A stretch of 64,000 nt of DNA from Candidatus Binatia bacterium (GTDB lineage: Bacteria > Desulfobacterota > Binatia > UBA9968 > JAJDTQ01): assembly GCA_963666515.2 (NCBI GenBank), contig OY762897.2:4599459-4663458 (forward strand), read 5' to 3'. The notes below the pieces were generated by a model that worked only from the letters and a program-made list of their open reading frames with translations, was not told where the DNA came from and did no database searches. The position numbers and the translations under genes are program-made. How positions within the stretch are numbered: position 1 is the first letter of the stretch; every line of letters starts with the position of its first letter. Positions 19,465-28,589 of this stretch are shown here, in pieces.

Positions 19465-20682
19465 ATGATGGAGGACCGGCGCGAACAGTTCTGGAGCCGG
19501 CTTCGGGCCGCGGGAATCCCCGGCGTTCCGGACGAGTTCTCGGTGACCTTCGCGCACCAGGCGGTCCCGGCCGCGGTGCTGGCGGAGATCGACGGCTTCA
19601 TCCGCGTGTTCGAGGACGTCACCACCCGGCCGGTCTGGCGGGAGAGCGTCATCGCCTCGTCCGGACACGGCCTGCCGGCGCAACGGCCGGAGGTGTGTTT
19701 CTTCAGCGCCTGGGACTTTCACCTGCCTCCCGACGGGCCATGGCAGGTCATCGAGTTCAACGACAACGGCTCCGGTCTCCTGTACGCCGGCCTCATCAAC
19801 GAATCGTTCCACGCCCTCATGGAGCCTGCTTCGCAGGCGTCCCTTGAAGCCCCCCCGGCCGCCGCCGATCTCGGCCGCCGCATCAAGCAGATGGTGCGCC
19901 GGGAAGCCGAGGAGTTTTTCGGCGCCATGCCCGACGGACTCTTCCTCATCCTCGATGAGCCAGAAGCCCTGGAGCGGGGCAAGTTCGGCGGCGAGATGGA
20001 GATGCTGCGAGAACTCTTCCGGGAGGAGGGGTGGCCCGCGGACGTGACCTCGACCGCCGACCTGCGCTGGGACGGCGAGCGGCTTTGGCGCCGCGGAGAG
20101 CCGGTGTCGTTCATCGTGAACCGTTCCACCGACTTCTTCCTGGAGAAGGAGACCACCCGCCCGTTGCGGGATGCCTTCCTGCACGGCTGCGTGTACGTCG
20201 CGCCCAATCCTTTCACCTACGCCACGCGGAGCGACAAGCGGCTGCTGGAGTTCCTTTCGCTCCCGTCGTGGGACCGGGAGCTGGGGATCGAAGCGGGCGA
20301 GCGGGAAGTGCTCAGCCGGCACATCCCCGAGACCCATCTGCTCAGGGCCGACAACGTCGAAGCCATCGTCGAGGACCGGCACCGGTTCGTGTTCAAGCCG
20401 ATCCGCAGCCACGCCAGCCGGGGGTTCCTGCCCAGCGCGCGGGTCGGGCGTTCGCGGTTGCAGCGGCTGGTGCGGCGGGGCGAAGGCTACGTCGCCCAGA
20501 GGAAGGTGGGGCGGCCCGAGATCCAGCTCGACGACGGTTCGTCCGTGTGGGCGGACCTCCGGGTATGGGCCTACCGGGGCGAGCGCGTCCTCCTGTCGGG
20601 GCGCACCTCCGTCGCCGAGGATTCGCTGGACCTGAGGCCCCCCGCCGGGTGGCTTCCCACCTTTGCCGCAGGGTCCGGTTGA
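19465..20682 (+). CDS. Circularly permuted ATP-grasp (glutathionylspermidine synthase-like) ligase of unknown function
   Basis: DFHL..VIEFNDNG, SDKRLL, IPET, FVFKP..HASRG, YVAQ, DLRV. Confidence 0.65.
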   Translation: MMEDRREQFWSRLRAAGIPGVPDEFSVTFAHQAVPAAVLAEIDGFIRVFEDVTTRPVWRESVIASSGHGLPAQRPEVCFFSAWDFHLPPDGPWQVIEFNDNGSGLLYAGLINESFHALMEPASQASLEAPPAAADLGRRIKQMVRREAEEFFGAMPDGLFLILDEPEALERGKFGGEMEMLRELFREEGWPADVTSTADLRWDGERLWRRGEPVSFIVNRSTDFFLEKETTRPLRDAFLHGCVYVAPNPFTYATRSDKRLLEFLSLPSWDRELGIEAGEREVLSRHIPETHLLRADNVEAIVEDRHRFVFKPIRSHASRGFLPSARVGRSRLQRLVRRGEGYVAQRKVGRPEIQLDDGSSVWADLRVWAYRGERVLLSGRTSVAEDSLDLRPPAGWLPTFAAGSG

Positions 20683-20819
20683 GCAGTTGACCGCCCCGGC
20701 GGCGTGGTCTACCAATGGACGAGTTTCGGGAGCCGGCAGGACAGCCTCCATGTGACTTCGTCTCCCGACCCCCATTCCGGCGCCGATGCCGGTGAACTTG
20801 CCGAACGGAGGAATCGAAC

Positions 20820-22529
20820 ATGATCGAAGTCAACGGACTCACGGGCGCGGAGGCGTTCCTGCGCGTCCTGTCGGGCATGGGCGTGGAGCGCATCTTCGCG
20901 TCGCCGGGCTCGGAATGGTCGCCGGTGTGGGAGGCGCTGGCCAAGCCGGACGAGAGCATGCCGGTCTACCTCAGCTCGCGCCACGAAGAGATCGCCCTGG
21001 CCATGGCCAGCGGCTACGCCAAGGCCACCGGCAAGCTGCCCGGGGTCATGATCCACACCACCGTGGGGGCGCTGCACGGCTCCATGGCGCTGCGCGGAGC
21101 GCTCCACGAGCAGGTGCCCATGGTGGTCTTCACCGGCGAGTCCCTCGCCTTCGGCGAGGACGACGGCCCCGACCCCGGCGGCCAGTGGATGCGCTTCCTC
21201 TCGGACGTGGGCGGCCCGGCCCGGCTGGTGGACCGGTGCGTCAAGTGGAGCTTCGGGGTCAACGACAAGCACATCCTGGTCTCCACCATCCAGCGCGCCT
21301 GCCAGATGGCCATGAGCTCGCCCCGGGGGCCGGTGTTCGTGTCGCTGCCCATGGAGTACCTGTTCGACAAGGTGACGCGGGAGGCGCCCTTGAAAGTGTC
21401 CATGCCCACCATGCCGAGCCCCGACCCCGAAGGGATCGCCGAGTTGGCGGGCCTGCTGCGCACCGCGCGCAATCCGGTCATCGTGAGCGAGAACGCCGGC
21501 AGCAGCACGGCCATCGTGGAGCGCATGGTGGAGTTGGCGGAGCTGCTCAACGCGCCGGTGGTGGAGACCCGCAGCAGCGGCTATTTCAACTTCCCGCGCG
21601 ACCACGATCTGCACGCCGGCTTCGAGCCCGGCGAGTTCATGGCCGACGCCGACGTGGTGTGCCTCATCGGCGCCACCCAGCCGTGGCATCCGGCCTCGGC
21701 GGCCATCGCGCAGGGCGCCAAGGTGGCGGCGCTGGACGAGGAGCCCCTGCACATGAACCTTCCCTACTGGGGCGTGCAGGTGGACCTGAGCATCGCCGGC
21801 GAGCTGGAGGCGTCGCTGAGCGCGCTGCTGGAGCGGCTCCGCAAGGACGGCGTGGAGGGCGCCGGCGCCGCGGAACGGCGGGCGAAGCTGCGCGAACAGG
21901 GCGCGGCGCGGCGGGCGGCGTGGGCCGAGCAGGCGCAAAGCCTGGAGTCGAAGGAGCCCATGGACACCAACTGGGTGATGTACCAGCTCAACCAGGCGCT
22001 GCCCGAGGACGTCTACCTGGTGGAGGAGACCATCACCCACCGCATGGCGCTGCACCAGTACCTGGACCGGGTGAAGCCCGGCAACTTCTTCAGCGGCTGC
22101 ATCGGCGGCCTCGGCACCGGCTTGGGCACCGCCCTGGGCGTCAAGGCCGCGCACCCGGACAAGCCCGTGGTGCTGGTCATCGGCGACGGCTCATTCAACT
22201 ACAACCCCGGCATCGCCGGCTTCGGCTTCGCCCAGGAATTCCGCATGCCGATCCTCATCGTGCTCATGAACAACCACGGCTACAAGTCCATGAAGCGCGG
22301 CGTCCCCGCGTACTACCCGGACGGCTGGGCGGTGCGCACCAACCAGTTCGTGGGCACCTCCATCGCCCCCGCACCGGACTACGCCGCCATCGCCCGGGCC
22401 TTCGACGGCTTCGGCGAGCGGGTGCAGAGCCCGGCCGAGGTCAAGCCGGCCCTCGAACGGGGACTCCAGGCCGCGCGCGACGGACGGGTGGCCCTGGTGG
22501 ACGTGTGGCTGGAGCCGGTGAACGACTAG
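20820..22529 (+). CDS. Thiamine pyrophosphate-binding protein (acetolactate synthase/benzoylformate decarboxylase-like)
   Basis: RHEEIALAMASGYAK, GPVFVSLP, TPP motif GDGSF...NNHGY. Confidence 0.9.
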   Translation: MIEVNGLTGAEAFLRVLSGMGVERIFASPGSEWSPVWEALAKPDESMPVYLSSRHEEIALAMASGYAKATGKLPGVMIHTTVGALHGSMALRGALHEQVPMVVFTGESLAFGEDDGPDPGGQWMRFLSDVGGPARLVDRCVKWSFGVNDKHILVSTIQRACQMAMSSPRGPVFVSLPMEYLFDKVTREAPLKVSMPTMPSPDPEGIAELAGLLRTARNPVIVSENAGSSTAIVERMVELAELLNAPVVETRSSGYFNFPRDHDLHAGFEPGEFMADADVVCLIGATQPWHPASAAIAQGAKVAALDEEPLHMNLPYWGVQVDLSIAGELEASLSALLERLRKDGVEGAGAAERRAKLREQGAARRAAWAEQAQSLESKEPMDTNWVMYQLNQALPEDVYLVEETITHRMALHQYLDRVKPGNFFSGCIGGLGTGLGTALGVKAAHPDKPVVLVIGDGSFNYNPGIAGFGFAQEFRMPILIVLMNNHGYKSMKRGVPAYYPDGWAVRTNQFVGTSIAPAPDYAAIARAFDGFGERVQSPAEVKPALERGLQAARDGRVALVDVWLEPVND

Positions 22530-22540
22530 GGGCATCGTCC

Positions 22541-23446
22541 ATGAAGATTCTTCGCTTCAATGATGACCGTATCGGCGTCCTCAAGAACGGCGCCAACGTC
22601 GTGGACGTGAGCGGCATCATCCAGTACCGTGTGGAGAAAGGCCCTCAGCGGGTGATGGAGGAGGTGATCGCCAACTTCGACGACTATCGGAAGGAGTTCG
22701 AGCGGCTGTGCCGCGAGGGGTCGGGCTTCCCGCTGAGCGTGGTCAAGCTGCTGGCGCCCATCCCGCGGCCGAGCAAGTGTCTGGCCGCCTTCGTCAACTA
22801 CCTCGATTCACCCGAGCGCACCCCCGACACCCTGCCCATCGAGTTCTTCTACAAGGCCCCCGAACTGCTGGGGCCGGAAGGCGCGGTGGAGTTGCCCGAC
22901 ATCCCTGCGGTGGCCGTGACCCAGCCAGAGGCCGAGCTGGCCTTCGTCATGGGCCCGTGCGGGCGGAACGTCTCCGAGGCCGACGCCATGGACGCCGTGT
23001 TCGGCTACGTGCCGTTCTTCGACATCTCGAACCGGGGCATGGTGCGCCGCACCCAGTTCCTCCCCAAGGGGCAGGGCACCCACAGCCCCTGCGGCCCCTG
23101 GATCACCACCGCGGACGAGGTCCCCGACCCCCACGACCTCACCGTCAAGTCCTGGGTCGGCGGCAAAGCCCGGCAGGACTACAACACCCGCCACATGGCC
23201 CACAAGATCCCCGAGCTGGTCTCATGGCTGTCGCGTTTCGTCCAGCTCCAGCCCGGCGACGTCATCGCCACCGGCACCTACCACGTGGGCCTCGGCCCCA
23301 TGAACGACGGCGACACCCTGGAGATCGAAATCGAGAAGCTCGGCAAGGCCCGCTTCACGGTCAAGGCCGACGGCCCGCGCAAGGACGTGGAGTGGATCCC
23401 GGGCAAGTCGCAGCCGCCCGCCGGGGGCGGGATGTCGAAGGTGTAA
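22541..23446 (+). CDS. Fumarylacetoacetate hydrolase family protein
   Basis: LLAPIPRPSK, FVNY, EAELAFV, KGQGTHSPCGPWI, LQPGDVIATGT. Confidence 0.9.
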   Translation: MKILRFNDDRIGVLKNGANVVDVSGIIQYRVEKGPQRVMEEVIANFDDYRKEFERLCREGSGFPLSVVKLLAPIPRPSKCLAAFVNYLDSPERTPDTLPIEFFYKAPELLGPEGAVELPDIPAVAVTQPEAELAFVMGPCGRNVSEADAMDAVFGYVPFFDISNRGMVRRTQFLPKGQGTHSPCGPWITTADEVPDPHDLTVKSWVGGKARQDYNTRHMAHKIPELVSWLSRFVQLQPGDVIATGTYHVGLGPMNDGDTLEIEIEKLGKARFTVKADGPRKDVEWIPGKSQPPAGGGMSKV

Positions 23447-23456
23447 AAGGACCGGC

Positions 23457-23492
23457 CGATGAACCCCATGTAGGGGCGCCCGCGGTCGCCCT
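23457..23492 (+). repeat. Degenerate REP family B copy
   Basis: cgatgaaccccatgtaggggcg is identical to 5653-5674 and is followed by an imperfect palindrome. Confidence 0.7.
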
Positions 23493-23504
23493 GGCGGCGT
23501 CCTG

Positions 23505-24100
23505 CTAGTCCCGTTTCATTTCGGTCAGCTCGGTCCGCAGTGCGCGGATCTCGGCCTGCAGGTCCGCGAGTGTGGGTTCGGGGGTGGACGCTCCGGGTTT
23601 CTTGGCGTCGAGTTCTCCATGCCCGTGCGTCTGCATCGCGTCGACGATGATGCCGATGAACAGGTTCAGCACGGCGAACGAGGTGATCAGGATGAACGGC
23701 ACGAAGAAGAGCCAGGCGTGCGGAAACACCTCCATCACCGGTCGCACGATGCCCATCGACCAGCTTTCTAGGGTCATGATCTGGAACAGGGTATAGGCCG
23801 AGCTGCCGATGGTGCCGAACCAGTCCGGAAAGCGGTCGGCGAACAGGTTGGTGGCCATGACCGAGAACACGAAGTAGATCACCGACAGCAGCATCACTAC
23901 CGAACCCATGCCCGGCACCGCGTGGAGCAGTGCGCCGACCACCCGGCGCATGGAGGGCACGGCGGAGATCAGCCGGAAGACCCGCAGAATCCTGAGGGCC
24001 CTCATCACTGAGAGGAACTCGGTGGCCGGTATCAGCGCGATGGTGACCACGATGGTGTCGAAGTGGTTCCAGGGATTGCGAACGAAGTCGCGGCGCTGGC
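23505..24100 (-). pseudogene. 3' fragment of a BacNav-type ion channel gene (diverged duplicate of 27781-28377)
   Basis: Near-identical peptide from QRRDFVRNPWN to TEMKRD; S1-S2 and the native start are missing. Confidence 0.85.
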
Positions 24101-24210
24101 CGCTAGCGTCCATGCAGTGGCGGAAGGCTGGGGATGGGGAAAACGATGTCGAAGGCGTTGGTCGACCGTGATCGCCCAGGGGTGTGGCGGGCGTAGCCAC
24201 GAAGCTAAAC

Positions 24211-25138
24211 TCACATCAGCTCTTCGATGTCTCTTCGTTCAAGGCCAACTACTGCATTGCAACTGGACCACATCGCCTCGTTCACCATTCCTGCGGTAAT
24301 GCCCGTTTCTCCCGGAATGTCGTGATGTACTACAGTTCCTGAGTTTCCTAAATGGATATTTCCACCAAGAATGTGGTTGACCTGTTCTTTTCCCTGTAGA
24401 CTGACCGCAACTTTCGGATCCAACGGGAACAGGAATACCCTGAGCTCTCCGTGCTCTACCCAGCACCCACCCCTGCTTCCAATAATGAATCTTGAGTTGT
24501 CTACGATCCTCCATGCCGTGACGGTAAACTCCGGATTGCGTTTTCTGAAAATCTCATCAGCTAGCGCTCCCGTTTGTGCACGGTTGTGTCGCTGGTAGAC
24601 GTATAGTAGTTCGTCACTAGGCGTTAGAGACTTCCCCAGTTCTGTCTCGATCCATTCTTGCAAATCCCGTTCTTCGCTTTCTTGTAGCCTGCGCCACAGC
24701 TCGTGCCCAGCTTCTTCCGACCGAAACATGGTTCTCAAGCAATAGTCAACTATAGCTTGCACCCATTCTTCCTGCTTATGTGGACCGCACTTTACCGCAA
24801 CGAAACGAGTCCGATTAGTCGAGCTTCTTGACCCATTTGATCATTCCCTTGATGGCCCGAGCCCATTCATTCTCAAGCTTCTGTAAGGCTTCTGCGGTCA
24901 CTTCGGTCCATTCTGGTTCACTTGCAAGTATCGCTGTCTCTCCCCGCTGTCTCAGCTTTGGAGGTTTGGCAAGGACCCTTTCACCATGGTCCTGGAAGAG
25001 AATATCCCTAACGGGCATTAGCCGGATTACTGCATTGCCCTTCTCTGCGAAATGCACCTTCCCTCGGTCGGGTTTTCGGAATCCCTTCAAAATGAACTGT
25101 GGGATGTAGTGGTCTCGGCGAAGCCTCCCGGTGGTCAC
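24211..25138 (-). pseudogene. DUF4238-domain protein, frameshifted near 24815
   Basis: N-terminal HYIPQFILKGF and C-terminal FIIGS...FPLDPKVAVSL. A shifted frame (NRTRFVAVKCGPHKQEEWVQAIVDY) bridges the two ORFs. Confidence 0.7.
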
Positions 25139-25311
25139 TTCCGGGGCTTCGGGATGAAGGACACGTCCACGGGGCGTGTCAACAGGCGGGCCATGTCGTC
25201 CGGCGTCTTGCCTTCCATGTCGGAGAAGTCAATCTCCGCCTCCTTCTCCGCCTTCGTCGGCTGATAGCGGTTGCTCACCAGTTCCACTTTGTCCGGCTTC
25301 GGCTTGGTCAT
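25135..25311 (-). CDS. 58-aa hypothetical protein (IS1595 passenger)
   Basis: MTKPKPDKVELVSNRYQPTKAEKEAEIDFSDMEGKTPDDMARLLTRPV; start/stop overlaps with both neighbours. Confidence 0.6.
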   Translation of the reverse strand: MTKPKPDKVELVSNRYQPTKAEKEAEIDFSDMEGKTPDDMARLLTRPVDVSFIPKPRK

Positions 25312-26699
25312 GTTCGTGCTCCTTGCTGTCGCAGACCTTCCCGCACGAGGACCGCGACGAATTCGTCCTGGCTCCGGGCTCCCTTCATCGAATTGCAGGC
25401 CGCACATAGTAGCTGAAGGTTGGTTATGTGGTCGGTGCCACCCTTGGACTGCGGAACCACGTGGTCCACGGTCATGTTGCGGAATGGGAACATGACGCGG
25501 CACCCGGCGCACGTGCCTTCCTGGACCCCGTAGAGGGTGTGCTTGTGCGTCCGGTAGTCCGACACCTTGCCCTGATCCAGGCGGCGAGGGATGTCCAGCC
25601 GGTGGTGTACGTCGTAGAATAGACCCATTTCCTTCCGAAGCCGGAGCTTCACCAGGTCGGCAGCTTTCGAGGGACAGGTCAATCCCTACCCACTGGCGTC
25701 CAAGTTTCTCCGCCGCAACGCAGGCCGTGGCACAACCCGCGAACGGGTCTAACACGATTTGCCCCTTGTCGCTGCTCGCCTTGATGATCCGCTCCAGCAG
25801 CGCAAGGGGTTTCTGTGTCGGGTAGCGGTGCGCTCCTTGGCATGAGGCTGTATTCCTCGAATGTCGGTCTATACCGTGTCAACCGGAGTGCCTGGCATTT
25901 GGTCGAGGTAGCGTTTGAAGGCGGGGACCGCGCCCGGCTTCCGTTGTATTACCAAACCCTTCTGGTAGGCGTCTTCCATGCGTTCCCGTGTCCAGCGCCA
26001 TACGCGGGTTACCCCGAGGAACTCATAGGTGAGATTCGGGCGGTCCTTGTTGGGGTTTGCGAGATTGTCAAGCCTATATCGCCGACCCGTGCCCGGTTCG
26101 ACATGCCGGTAGAACTTCTTCACATAGCCCGGATCGTGCGGCGCAAAAGGCGGATTCCAGATATAGCTGTCAGAACCGCTGTAGTAGAGCAGATTGTCGG
26201 CGCTGTTCGGGTAGCCCTTGAAGGCTAGCCCCTTTGCGGTGGTCCGTCGCCACGTGATCTCGCTACGGAAATGGCGAGCCTTGAAAATCGCGTCGATGAG
26301 GGTCTTGAGATAGTGCGACGCGGTGGGGTCACAGTGCAGATAGATGGAGCCGGCTTCCTTCAGGATGCGCCGCATTTCCAGCAGACGGACGGCCATCATG
26401 ATGAGGTAGGACTTCATGCCCTTGCCGTGGGCGAGTCCGGCCGCGGCGATGATAGCGTACAAAGTGGGGTCCCGGTCGGCAATCTCCCCGTGCCACGCTT
26501 CGTCTACGTCGTCAAGGGTCCACGTGTCCTTGAACTTGGCCCCGGCAGCTTCGGAGCCTATCGGCGCCGCATAGTCGCGGTTGGAGTTGAAGGGCGGGTC
26601 GAGATAGATGAGGTCAACCGACTCGCTGTTCATGCCGCGCATGATGTCCAGGTTGTCCCCGGTCCAAAGGGTGCGGTTGACCCAGTTGGGAGTCGCCAT
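25308..26699 (-). pseudogene. Beta-class N6/N4 DNA methyltransferase fused to a C-terminal HNH endonuclease (nonsense codon + 2 frameshifts)
   Basis: DLIYLDPPF; TAG at 25869-25871 where W is expected; frameshift in RTGYPTQKP (~25826); VLDPFAGCAT; frameshift ~25670; CAGC...DHVVPQSKGGTDHITNLQLLCAACNSMKG. Confidence 0.88.
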
Positions 26700-27138
26700 C
26701 AGAACATTTCCGATCCGGTTTGCGGGACGGGCTTTTCCGGTGCGGAGATCAGGTCCGCATAGCGGAGCCGCCTTCCGCCCATGTACGTCTCATCGACTTC
26801 CACAGGCCCGGAGAACTCAACGCCGTTCCGGGACCGCAACCCTTCACGGAGCCGGTGCGGCAAGTGCCAAGCGGACTTTTGGGCGATCTTGAGGTTCCCG
26901 TGAAGCTTCATGCTGGCATTGGTATTGATCAGGTACAGCGCAATGGCCCATTTCGGGTAGCCGAGGTTCGAGGATTTCATCGCGGTCCCCATCTTGACGC
27001 TGAACTTCTTGTTGCAGGCGCGGCACCGAAGGGGCATGGTCTTGTGCTTGGCCCCCGTCTGCACGTTATCCGAATCGCATCGGATACAACGCGGGCCTTC
27101 GGGCCAACGCTGTTTCTCTAGCGCTTTCTCCTCCGAGG
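26699..27138 (-). pseudogene. IS1595 family transposase, 5'-truncated and internally deleted
   Basis: RWPEGPRCIRC..RCRAC zinc ribbon, QKSAWHL, and GPVEVDETYMGG joined directly to the C-terminal RRLRYADLI. Confidence 0.85.
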
Positions 27139-27408
27139 CCACTGCTGGGCTGCGTGCAGGACACGAAGAATCGTTACGGCTTCTGTGTCCTCTGTATAGA
27201 CCACAACATAATTCGAACGCACGAGCATTTCGCGGGTGCCTTCCAGCCGGCCCTTTCTGTATAGTCTCGGGTTCTCCGGCAAGCGGGAGACCTTGGTCTC
27301 GATATCTTCCTTCAAGGCTTGGGCGGCATCTGGATTGTCGTCCGAGATGTAGTCGACAATGGCCATGAGGTCAGCGACTGCGGTCAACTTCCACTCAAGA
27401 CCGCGCAC
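27118..27408 (-). CDS. RelE/ParE (StbE-like) toxin
   Basis: LEWKLTAVADLMAIVDYISDDNPDAA, GRLEGTREM, ILRVLHAAQQWP. Confidence 0.9.
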   Translation of the reverse strand: MRGLEWKLTAVADLMAIVDYISDDNPDAAQALKEDIETKVSRLPENPRLYRKGRLEGTREMLVRSNYVVVYTEDTEAVTILRVLHAAQQWPRRRKR

Positions 27409-27694
27409 GGCGCTTTCCGTCGATCATCGCTTGGGCCCTGTCCATGGCCTGTTCGTGCGGAATGGCAGGACGCGGATCGTCCAAGGCTTCGCGTACCTTG
27501 GCACGGAACCATTCGTCATGGGCTTCGGGATCCGCGGTGAGACCGGCAGGCAAGCCACCCTCCGCCGCAACACGGGTCAGGAGGATTCGTACGGCATCCG
27601 AAAGCGTCAGGCCGACGCTAGCCAACGTGTGGGCGGCCTTGTTCTTGAGTTGATTATCCACGCGGACGTGAAGCATCGAAGTGTGGGCTGGCAT
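27395..27694 (-). CDS. RelB/DinJ family antitoxin
   Basis: MLHVRVDNQLK..LASVGLTLSDAVRILLTRVAAEGGLP, HDEWFRAKVREALDDPRP. Confidence 0.9.
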   Translation of the reverse strand: MPAHTSMLHVRVDNQLKNKAAHTLASVGLTLSDAVRILLTRVAAEGGLPAGLTADPEAHDEWFRAKVREALDDPRPAIPHEQAMDRAQAMIDGKRRARS

Positions 27695-27780
27695 TGACTT
27701 CTCCTTTCACCGCACCAGTGTACGCATCTCAAATGAGATACGCAAGCGGCGAGGTGGACATCCCGACCGGAGTCTTCCTG

Positions 27781-28578
27781 CTAGTCCCGTTTCATTTCGG
27801 TCAGCTCGGTCCGAAGTGCGCGGATCTCGGCCTGCAGATCCGCGAGTGTGGGTTCGGGGGTGGACGCTCCGGGTTTCTTGGCGTCGAGTTCTCCATGCCC
27901 GTGCGTCTGCATCGCGTCGACGATGATGCCGATGAACAGGTTCAGGACGGCGAACGAGGTGATCAGGATGAACGGCACGAAGAAGAGCCAAGCGTGCGGA
28001 AACACCTCCATCACCGGCCGCACGATGCCCATGGACCAGCTCTCCAGAGTCATGATCTGGAACAGGGTATAGGCCGAACTGCCGATGCTGCCGAACCAGT
28101 CCGGGAAGCGGTCGGCAAACAGGTTGGTGGCCATCACCGAGAACACGAAGTAGATCACCGACAGCAGCATCACCACCGAACCCATGCCCGGCACCGCGTG
28201 AAGCAGTGCGCCGACCACCCGGCGCATGGAGGGCACGGCGGAGATCAGCCGGAAGACCCGGAGAATCCTGAGCGCCCGCATCACCGAGAGAAACTCGGTG
28301 GCCGGAATGAGCGCGATGGCCACCACGATCGTGTCGAAGTGGTTCCAGGCGTCCCGGACGAAATCGCCGCGCTGTCCCACTACCTTGAGCAGGATCTCCA
28401 CCACGAAGATCGCCAGGATCACCCGGTCGGCCAGCTTGAGGAAGCTCCCGGCCGCGGCCATGGCCGCCGGGCTGGTCTCCAGCGCCAGCACCAAGGCGTT
28501 CAGCACGATCAGGGTCGTGATCCAGCGTTGCGTGGCGCGGTGCTCGACAAATGAGCGGATACGGTCGGTCGCTCCCAT
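27781..28578 (-). CDS. Bacterial voltage-gated sodium channel (BacNav/NaChBac-like ion transporter)
   Basis: S4 RALRILRVFRLI, selectivity filter FQIMTLESWSMG, S6 LNLFIGIIVDAM, C-terminal coiled coil. Confidence 0.92.
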   Translation of the reverse strand: MGATDRIRSFVEHRATQRWITTLIVLNALVLALETSPAAMAAAGSFLKLADRVILAIFVVEILLKVVGQRGDFVRDAWNHFDTIVVAIALIPATEFLSVMRALRILRVFRLISAVPSMRRVVGALLHAVPGMGSVVMLLSVIYFVFSVMATNLFADRFPDWFGSIGSSAYTLFQIMTLESWSMGIVRPVMEVFPHAWLFFVPFILITSFAVLNLFIGIIVDAMQTHGHGELDAKKPGASTPEPTLADLQAEIRALRTELTEMKRD

Positions 28579-28589
28579 CGCCCTCTTGA

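Larger units (their letters stand above)
24190..27138 (-). mobile_element. Decayed IS1595-family transposon with passenger genes
   Basis: Truncated IS1595 transposase followed by coupled MTase-HNH, small ORF and DUF4238 genes. Putative terminal repeat ggcgtagccacgaagcta at 24190-24207; lower GC. Confidence 0.7.

Noticed and set aside
20786-23446. Apparent 886-aa fusion ending in an FAH domain
   Set aside because: The N-terminal part is an off-frame shadow of the TPP enzyme; the true start is ATG 22541.
25679-25871. Programmed recoding (readthrough/frameshift) of the MTase-HNH gene
   Set aside because: Three independent lesions without slippery sequences, and neighbouring genes are also broken; decay is simpler.
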